Part shown: positions 57,551 through 64,000 of the stretch, one piece after another
Position numbering within the stretch: position 1 is the stretch's first letter
Layout of the letters: each line of letters starts with the position of its first letter
Source of the DNA: Candidatus Hydrogenedens sp.
GTDB taxonomy: Bacteria; Hydrogenedentota; Hydrogenedentia; Hydrogenedentales; Hydrogenedentaceae
Direction of reading: 5' to 3'
Length of the DNA stretch: 64,000 nt
Assembly: GCA_035361075.1 (NCBI GenBank)
Contig: DAOSBX010000005.1
Location: 27,127-91,126, forward strand
Program-made: the position numbers and the translations under genes
Notes under the pieces: model-generated
What the model was told of the DNA's origin: nothing
The model's database searches: none
Seen by the model: only the letters and a program-made list of their open reading frames with translations

Positions 57551-58096
57551 ATGGAAGATATTGTTTATAAAATTGATGAAAACAATAGAATTACATTTGT
57601 TAATGAGGCATGGGATGTTTTTGCAAGAGAGAACAATGGTGATGAAATAGTATCTAAACGGATTATAGGCAGGAATCTTTTTGATTTTATAAGTGATATA
57701 ACGGTAAAACAAATATATTTAGACTTGATGGAACAGGCTCGTAACAATAAAAAAATAAAAATTGATTTTCGTTGTGACTCACCTACATACAAAAGATATT
57801 TGACAATGAGTATTCAATGTAATGAGCCGAATACAATTACCTTTATTACACATTTAATCCGAAAAGAACCCCAAAATTATAAGAGCATTCTTGATTCTAA
57901 AGTATTAAGAGTTCGAAAGGTGATACGGATGTGTTCATGGTGTAAGAAGGTAGAATTTGATTCTCAATGGCTTGAATTAGATGAAGTTATTAACAAAGCC
58001 AAAATTTTTGATAGCGAGAAGGCACCAATGATTACTCATACTATTTGTGATAATTGTCTCAAATCTTTGGTAAAGGAACAGCAATCTTTTAGGTAG
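57551..58096 (+). CDS. Hypothetical small sensor-like protein: PAS-like N-terminal domain plus C-terminal Cys/His zinc-ribbon-like motif
   Basis: ITFVNEAWDVFARENNGDEIVSKRIIGRNLFDFI resembles a PAS core. C-terminus has CSWC...(x24)...HTICDNC. Confidence 0.4.
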   Translation: MEDIVYKIDENNRITFVNEAWDVFARENNGDEIVSKRIIGRNLFDFISDITVKQIYLDLMEQARNNKKIKIDFRCDSPTYKRYLTMSIQCNEPNTITFITHLIRKEPQNYKSILDSKVLRVRKVIRMCSWCKKVEFDSQWLELDEVINKAKIFDSEKAPMITHTICDNCLKSLVKEQQSFR

Positions 58097-58098
58097 TT

Positions 58099-58503
58099 CT
58101 ATGACGGGTTAGTAGAAATAACTTTGATAAAAATTTCTCGTGTTCGTGGTCCATCAAATTCACAGAGGAATATAGATTGCCATGTTCCTAAAACAAGTTT
58201 ACCTTCGTTGATAATAACTTGCACGGAAGAACCCATTAAAGACGCTTTTACATGGGCAGATGTATTTCCCTCTGAATGATGGTAATCACCATGCCATGGA
58301 ACAACCTTATCAAGTACATGCTCGATATCAAAAAGCACATCAGGGTCAGCATTTTCATTAATAGTAATTCCAGCGGTAGTGTGTGGAACATAAACAATAA
58401 CAATACCATTTTGAACATTCGATTCTTGAACCGCTCTGGCTACATACGAATCCAAATTGATAAATTGGGTTCTACGGGCTGTCTTTATCTGAATTTTTTT
58501 CAT
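58099..58503 (-). CDS. YjbQ/UPF0047 family protein (secondary thiamine-phosphate synthase-like)
   Basis: IVIVYVPHTTAGITINENADPDV...HHSEGNTSAHVKASLMGSSVQVIINEGKLVLGTWQSIFLCEFDGPRTR is highly typical of YjbQ. Start trimmed to the internal Met MKKIQIK. Confidence 0.7.
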   Translation of the reverse strand: MKKIQIKTARRTQFINLDSYVARAVQESNVQNGIVIVYVPHTTAGITINENADPDVLFDIEHVLDKVVPWHGDYHHSEGNTSAHVKASLMGSSVQVIINEGKLVLGTWQSIFLCEFDGPRTREIFIKVISTNPS

Positions 58504-58507
58504 TGAA

Positions 58508-60202
58508 CTAATACTCCAATGTTTTAAGATTTCGTAGTCCAAGAGTCATAGGTAAGAATACAGCAACTATCGTTAAAAGAACAATAAAGATAATTACAGA
58601 TGTTAATGCTATATAGAAGTCTTCTGGACGAGTAAACTGTGCAAGTACGTTCCACTGTAGTATCACTGTTTGGGCTGTGACAACAAGGGCAATATAGAAA
58701 ATGCTTAATAACAAATTTAGCGTCCCTCCTAATCCCGAGACAATTCGAGCAGGATTATCTTCTTCAAAACTGGGGTATAAAGCACCTAACCCGACAGCAA
58801 GACCTGATAACCCCAAATTCATCAATATAATACTAAATACAGTCAAAGTAAAATATAAAGGCGTTAATTGAAGCATATAACCAGACAGGATCGCTAAAGT
58901 TACCGTAAATGGGGCGGAAGTCATAACACTAAGCCAAAATTTTTGCCATACCAACTGTTTTAAGGTAATAGGAGCCAAGCCAATTACCCAGAATCGATGT
59001 CCCTCCAAGCTTATCAATGGAAAAATAAAACGACTTGTTAAGGTAGCAAGAATTAAACTTAAGGATGCTATATTCATACACGCGATGAAACTTCGCCACA
59101 TCTCTTGTTCAAAATATTTTGTGGTGTTCCTCAAATTGGCAATATAAATCGCCATGATACCAAAAAAGATTATAAACTGAGACCACTGCGTAGCGTCTCT
59201 CCAGAATAAACGTATATCTTTTACGACTAAAGGCTGATAAGGCTCAGGAATAATCCTTAATATTTTTTCAAGACGCCCCAAAATCCCTCGATTAGGTAAT
59301 TTAATCCGTTTATTTCCCATCCCTTGTAAGCCAGAAAAACCAGGGTAAAATATAAGTCGAGATAGAAAAGAGGCTACGAGTGTGATGAATAAGGCATTAG
59401 CTATCATAAGCATAAACCAGAATATGACGTCGAAAAACTGTCTCTCCTTCGACTTCAACACCCCCTCTGTAAACCAATAAGGTGGAAACAAAGGTGATTG
59501 CACATGTGAAGTGGCACTCAGAAACACAGGTAAGATCGTGTCTTCACTTATTTTTGTTCCCCGAAGCATGGTATTTATATACCAAAATAAAAAAATGACA
59601 CCTAATACACCAAATAAAATCATGAAACGGAGTTTCAATTTAGGAAAAATCAAGACTAAAAATTGTGTAATGATATTTCCAAGTCCTGCTGGAATAATTA
59701 CAAATGGAGCAAAGAAAATAATTGATGCTATATAAAAGAAAATAGTTGCTTTTGTACTCAGTCCATAAGCAAGTATTAATGGAACACCCAAAAATGCCAC
59801 TGACCAAGAACTAAATGCTATACATTCAATAAAGCGGACAAAGAATAGTCGGTTAAATGGGATAGGTGTCTGTACTAAAAAATGAATCTCTTCAGCCTTA
59901 TACAAGGTGAAAAAAGCAATTAAAATATTGGAAAAAATCAAAAATAAGAAAACAGCACTCATTAAAATCATGAACATCCGAGCCATCAACAACTCACCAA
60001 AATTCACTTCAATTCCAGCTCTTGACCCGAATTTTAATAACCAGTCGAATCCTTCATAAAGCCCGAAGAAAATACCTAACCATATTGCAATTGCAGAGAA
60101 AGTAATAACAGAAATCTTCAACTTTGATTCTTTGCGGATACTCAATATTTGATGTTTCAAGATATTTCGTTTTGCTTCTAATATTGCTAAAATCTGTTCC
60201 AT
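58508..60202 (-). CDS. Large polytopic ABC exporter permease (putative ABC-2/ABC_export type)
   Basis: 564 aa, at least 12 predicted transmembrane helices. Immediately downstream of a cognate ABC ATPase gene. Confidence 0.5.
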   Translation of the reverse strand: MEQILAILEAKRNILKHQILSIRKESKLKISVITFSAIAIWLGIFFGLYEGFDWLLKFGSRAGIEVNFGELLMARMFMILMSAVFLFLIFSNILIAFFTLYKAEEIHFLVQTPIPFNRLFFVRFIECIAFSSWSVAFLGVPLILAYGLSTKATIFFYIASIIFFAPFVIIPAGLGNIITQFLVLIFPKLKLRFMILFGVLGVIFLFWYINTMLRGTKISEDTILPVFLSATSHVQSPLFPPYWFTEGVLKSKERQFFDVIFWFMLMIANALFITLVASFLSRLIFYPGFSGLQGMGNKRIKLPNRGILGRLEKILRIIPEPYQPLVVKDIRLFWRDATQWSQFIIFFGIMAIYIANLRNTTKYFEQEMWRSFIACMNIASLSLILATLTSRFIFPLISLEGHRFWVIGLAPITLKQLVWQKFWLSVMTSAPFTVTLAILSGYMLQLTPLYFTLTVFSIILMNLGLSGLAVGLGALYPSFEEDNPARIVSGLGGTLNLLLSIFYIALVVTAQTVILQWNVLAQFTRPEDFYIALTSVIIFIVLLTIVAVFLPMTLGLRNLKTLEY

Positions 60203-60225
60203 AATAGAATTCTTCTGAATATTAC

Positions 60226-60960
60226 TTATACTTCGTCTGTTTCCTTTGTTAACTCTAAAAATACATCCTCTAAGTTTCCTGGTGTATTTGAGAGGGATTT
60301 TATTTTATCTACAGAGCCGAATGCACAGAGACGCCCTTGATGAATGATGCCTATAATATCCGCTATCTCCTCTGCAATACTTAACGTATGGGTCGACATA
60401 AAGACGGTTAGTCCTTCTTTTTGAGTTTTCTCTTTTAAGTAATCCTTGACGAAACGAATATTCTTTGGGTCAAGTCCTACCCACGGCTCATCAACAATAA
60501 CTATCTCTGGGTTGTGTAAAAAACAAGCAGTAAATGAGAGTTTTTGTCGCATCCCATGGCTATAGTCTTCAATTAACTGGTCTATAACTGTGGTAAGCCC
60601 GAACAGAGATATTAATTCTTCCGTCCGAACCATAAATTCTTTCTCGGAAATTTGATATAACCCTGCAATAAATCTAAGAAACTCTCTACCTGTAAGTTTA
60701 TCGTAAAGGAAAGGGTGGTCAGGTACAAAACCAATATACTTTTTCGCTTTTACAGGGTCTTGTTGTATGTCAATCCCTGCAATGAGAGCTCGTCCTTCTG
60801 TAGGTTTCATTAACCCTGTTAACATTTTTATTGTGGTCGTTTTTCCTGCACCATTAGGCCCTAAAAAACAGAAAAAAGTCCCTTTTGATATCTCTAAATC
60901 CAATTTATTGACTGCAATTTTTTCACCAAATTTTTTCGTCAAACCTTCTGTTTTTATCAT
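60226..60960 (-). CDS. ABC transporter ATP-binding protein
   Basis: Walker A GPNGAGKTTTIKML, signature YSHGMRQKLSF, Walker B IVIVDEPWVGLD, H-loop STHTL. Confidence 0.85.
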   Translation of the reverse strand: MIKTEGLTKKFGEKIAVNKLDLEISKGTFFCFLGPNGAGKTTTIKMLTGLMKPTEGRALIAGIDIQQDPVKAKKYIGFVPDHPFLYDKLTGREFLRFIAGLYQISEKEFMVRTEELISLFGLTTVIDQLIEDYSHGMRQKLSFTACFLHNPEIVIVDEPWVGLDPKNIRFVKDYLKEKTQKEGLTVFMSTHTLSIAEEIADIIGIIHQGRLCAFGSVDKIKSLSNTPGNLEDVFLELTKETDEV

Positions 60961-60975
60961 AGGTACTCCAAAATT

Positions 60976-62187
60976 CTATGCTTTTGCAAATTTTTTTCCA
61001 GGAAATTGTTTTACCAATCCTTTCATTTCCATAATCGTCAACATAGATAACGCTTCAGACACAGGAATGTGACAAGCCAATGCAACTTCATCTACATAAG
61101 AACCTTGTGGGTTAAGAATGTCTATGATTGCTTTTTCTTTTTCATTCATTGGTGAGGGGTACGACCTTCCTGCAGGCTGTTCGTTTTTATTTTTTATGAC
61201 TTGTTTCGTCTCCTTTTGCTGAATCTCATCGTTTGACTTTGTTGTATCTGGTTTATCTATATCAATTGCGGATGCAAGAGGCATCTGAAGTGGCTCTGAT
61301 AATGTTTCAGGTTTCCATAGTTGTGGAATTTCTTCAAGAATATCTGAAATATGTTCCACAAGTTTTGCCCCCTGTCGAATAAGACTATGTGAACCTTGAC
61401 TGTTTGCGTATCCTATAGGACCAGGAACAGCAAAAACCGTCTTTCCTTGGTCTACTGCATACTGTGCTGTAATCATGGCACCGCTATTTAAAGGTGCCTC
61501 GGTAACTAATGTCCCTAATGAAAAACCACTTATAAATCGATTACGGACAGGAAAATTATTTCCCGTCGGTTTTGTCCCCATAGGGAATGTGGAAATAATA
61601 GCCCCTTGACTTTGGATTTGTTGCCACAGTTCTTGATGTTGAGCAGGATAAATAATATCAATTCCACATCCTAAAAACGCTACAGTTCGTCCACCATTTG
61701 CTATAGCAGTTTTATGGGCAATGCCATCTACACCTAAAGCAAATCCACTTACAATGGTAAAACCAGCCTGAGATAAACCTCTTGCAAAAATTTCAGTGAC
61801 CTTTGTGCCATAAGGTGAAATCTTTCGAGTCCCTACAATCGCAATAGAACGTAAATCCTTTTCTAATAATTTTCCTTTGCAATATAACACTAATGGCGGT
61901 TCATAAATTTCAGCAAGTGATAAAGGATATTCTGGGTCGTCTAATGTAATTATTGTTACATTGTGTTTGTCTATAAGACGTAACTCATTATCTAAATCTA
62001 CAACTTCACGATATTGAGCAATTCGATGAGATATTGTTTTCCCGACAACTTCAGCAAGAGCCTTCTCAGATGCAGATAGTACCTCAGAAGGTGCCCCAAA
62101 TCGAGCAATTAACTTTAAAAAGGTTGCCGAGCCAATTCCTGGTATTAGATAAAGATTTAGCCATTGCTTTATTTGGTCATTCTGCAT
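60976..62187 (-). CDS. dprA: DNA-processing protein DprA (Smf)
   Basis: N-terminal SAM/HhH-like LIPGIGSATFLKLIARFG. Rossmann-like VSGFALGVDGIAHKTAIANGGRTVAFLGCGIDIIYP. C-terminal winged-helix (DML1-like) domain. Confidence 0.8.
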   Translation of the reverse strand: MQNDQIKQWLNLYLIPGIGSATFLKLIARFGAPSEVLSASEKALAEVVGKTISHRIAQYREVVDLDNELRLIDKHNVTIITLDDPEYPLSLAEIYEPPLVLYCKGKLLEKDLRSIAIVGTRKISPYGTKVTEIFARGLSQAGFTIVSGFALGVDGIAHKTAIANGGRTVAFLGCGIDIIYPAQHQELWQQIQSQGAIISTFPMGTKPTGNNFPVRNRFISGFSLGTLVTEAPLNSGAMITAQYAVDQGKTVFAVPGPIGYANSQGSHSLIRQGAKLVEHISDILEEIPQLWKPETLSEPLQMPLASAIDIDKPDTTKSNDEIQQKETKQVIKNKNEQPAGRSYPSPMNEKEKAIIDILNPQGSYVDEVALACHIPVSEALSMLTIMEMKGLVKQFPGKKFAKA

Positions 62188-62201
62188 AATGGCTTTCCAA
62201 C

Positions 62202-62954
62202 TTAATTGCTATTGATGTTCTTAATATAGGCGTTTCGATACCACACCTCTCCACCATGGTCTTGCAATAATAAATAACCTTTTTGTGGAAGCTGAGCAAG
62301 TGGTGTATCGAATTTTCCGATAGGCATGGTCATTAATGAAATGTCCACATCTAAGACTTTCCATCCGTTCATAGAAACAATAAGATTACTACCCCGACAT
62401 GTTATATCATAGGAATTCCATTCACCAGGCTGAAAATTCATATTAAACATTGGGGTTGCAACGTCATATAATGAACCACATGAATTCTTGTTTGGTGGCT
62501 GACCATAATCTTCGAATACCTGAATCTCAAACCCTTTTTGAACGGGATCTTTTAAGTCAGAACGGAAAAACACACCACTATTGGCTTGTGGTGTTAATTT
62601 AAACTCAATATGGAATTCGAAATCTGTTACTTCATTATCAAGATAGGCGATATAACCTCCACCTTTTGAGCCAAAGATATGGAGAATGTCATCAGATGAA
62701 AATTCAAATCCATATTTTTTATCTTTATTTGTTACATTTTGCCATTTAGTCTGATTTTCTTTAGAAAATAGGTTTATCCACCCATCTCCTTGAGGAATAG
62801 GTGTACATTTACCTATGGGTAATCGCTTCTGGATTATATCGGTACCCTTTGTTGAACATGAAAAAAATGGTATCAGTGTCACAATGATAAAAGGAGTTAA
62901 GATATGTTGTATAATTTTCGCTGAACAAATCGATTTTGTATTTATCATAGTCAT
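62202..62954 (-). CDS. DUF1080 (3-keto-disaccharide hydrolase-like) domain protein, paralog of 17530-18249
   Basis: Same N- and C-terminal blocks as the 17530 gene (GDGWINLFSKENQTKWQNV...GYLLLQDHGGEVWYRNAYIKNI). N-terminal signal/anchor. Confidence 0.6.
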   Translation of the reverse strand: MTMINTKSICSAKIIQHILTPFIIVTLIPFFSCSTKGTDIIQKRLPIGKCTPIPQGDGWINLFSKENQTKWQNVTNKDKKYGFEFSSDDILHIFGSKGGGYIAYLDNEVTDFEFHIEFKLTPQANSGVFFRSDLKDPVQKGFEIQVFEDYGQPPNKNSCGSLYDVATPMFNMNFQPGEWNSYDITCRGSNLIVSMNGWKVLDVDISLMTMPIGKFDTPLAQLPQKGYLLLQDHGGEVWYRNAYIKNINSN

Positions 62955-63084
62955 TCTCCTTTATAAAAATAAATTTTGATATTGAGAGATAATACCATTA
63001 ATCAATTCCAAAACAAAAGATTGTATAATGATAAAACAACCCTATTTCAATTGAAAAAATAGCAAAAGGAAAGGAAAAATTAAG

Positions 63085-63813
63085 ATGAAAGGAGTTGTAT
63101 TAGCAGGCGGTTTAGGAACACGACTATTACCTTTAACGCGTGTTACAAATAAACATTTGCTCCCAGTTTACGATAAGCCTATGATTTTTTATCCTATTCA
63201 AACTTTGGTAGATGCGGGAATTAAGGATATTATGATTGTCACAGGAGGAAACAATGCAGGAGATTTCCTACGTCTTTTAGGTAACGGAGAAGACTTCGGG
63301 CTAAATCAACTTCATTACACCTACCAAAAGATAGAAGGGGGTATTGCCCATGCACTTGCATTAGCGGAGCCTTTTGTTGGAAAAGATAAAATGGTCGTCA
63401 TATTAGGTGATAATTTTATACAAGGAAGTATTAAAAAAGCAGTAAATGATTTTGAAAAACAACCTGCAGGGGCAAAAATCTTTTTAAAGGAAGTATCTAA
63501 TCCCCAAGAATTTGGGGTTGCTGTAATAGAACATGGAAAGGTCAAGGAGGTTATTGAAAAGCCTAAAGAACCACCTACAAATTACGCAGTTGTCGGAATT
63601 TATATGTATGACTCTGATGTATTTGATATTTGTCGTACCCTAAAACCAAGTGCAAGGGGCGAATTAGAGATTACAGATGTCAACAATGAATATATCCTTC
63701 GGGGCACTATGACATATGAATTTTTGGAAGGTTGGTGGGCGGATTGCGGAAGTTTCGAAGCCTTACTTCGTTCAAATATATTAGTTGCAAGAGAAAAAGG
63801 TATTAATATATAA
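63085..63813 (+). CDS. Sugar-phosphate nucleotidyltransferase (short RmlA-like glucose-1-phosphate thymidylyl/uridylyltransferase)
   Basis: MKGVVLAGGLGTRLLPLTRVTNKHLLPVYDKPMIFYPIQTL...ILGDNF has the G-x-G-T-R-L signature. 242 aa short form. Confidence 0.7.
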   Translation: MKGVVLAGGLGTRLLPLTRVTNKHLLPVYDKPMIFYPIQTLVDAGIKDIMIVTGGNNAGDFLRLLGNGEDFGLNQLHYTYQKIEGGIAHALALAEPFVGKDKMVVILGDNFIQGSIKKAVNDFEKQPAGAKIFLKEVSNPQEFGVAVIEHGKVKEVIEKPKEPPTNYAVVGIYMYDSDVFDICRTLKPSARGELEITDVNNEYILRGTMTYEFLEGWWADCGSFEALLRSNILVAREKGINI

Positions 63814-63839
63814 CAGGGAGAGACATAGAAGGAGGTTTT

Positions 63840-64000
63840 ATGACAGTATACATCTGTAAATATTGTGGGAAAAAAGCCACAAGTGTTCAATCATTAGCGT
63901 CCTCTTTTTGTACAAGACATCCTAACGGTCCAGGCAAAGGCAGACATGCTGTTTATGAGGGAGATGAAAAAACAGAATATGTTTGTAAGTTTTGTGGTCG
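63840..64000 (+). CDS. Hypothetical Cys-rich repeat protein (zinc-ribbon-like CxxC...CxxH modules), 3' end outside window
   Basis: GGAGG ribosome-binding site 7 nt upstream. Translation MTVYICKYCGKKATSVQSLASSFCTRHPNGPGKGRHAVYEGDEKTEYVCKFCG... shows a second YVCKFCG module beginning as the window ends. Confidence 0.4.
   Translation, partial: MTVYICKYCGKKATSVQSLASSFCTRHPNGPGKGRHAVYEGDEKTEYVCKFCG

Overview
This window reads as a low-GC (about 38-40%) bacterial chromosome segment, and I think it belongs to the PVC superphylum. The lineage call rests on a prepilin-leader/DUF1559 'H-X9-DG'-type protein, two DUF1080 paralogs, many secreted proline-rich proteins and a futalosine-type MqnA-like gene; this is inference from sequence motifs, not a database hit. 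Most of the 64 kb is densely packed housekeeping. Recognisable genes include gatA (3' part), gatB, rsfS, an ABC-F ATPase, a GT2/GT4 glycosyltransferase cluster, a tandem UspA, hisH, hisB, coaE, rimI, tsaB, HU/IHF, uppP, an EF-G paralog, galK, a dGTPase, PNP, PFK, recN, tlyA, a GH4 glycosidase, purC, purF, an ECF sigma/anti-sigma module, cysS, tRNA-Leu(UAA), tRNA-Cys(GCA), an ABC exporter, dprA and an rmlA-like gene. I found no transposase, integrase, CRISPR array, restriction or toxin/antitoxin pair, and no multi-gene block that looks like a known defence island. The unusual material is scattered single genes and small operons: (a) a single-pass membrane protein with a repeated cytoplasmic LPP[LI]S[DS][FI]D motif and a long coiled coil; (b) two paralogous receiver-domain regulators with degenerate GGDEF domains; (c) a bare Ser/Thr-kinase-like protein with HHD/DYS substitutions, placed after gatAB-rsfS; (d) a secreted six-EF-hand protein; (e) a signal-peptide-bearing Memo-like (AmmeMemoRadiSam B-type) protein without its usual partners; (f) an overlapping dGTPase-PNP pair; (g) a low-GC glycosyltransferase-like hypothetical; (h) a PAS plus zinc-ribbon mini-sensor beside the tRNAs; and (i) a truncated CxxC-repeat protein at the window edge. 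All functional calls come from motif recognition in the translated ORFs. No homology search was possible, so confidences are moderate.
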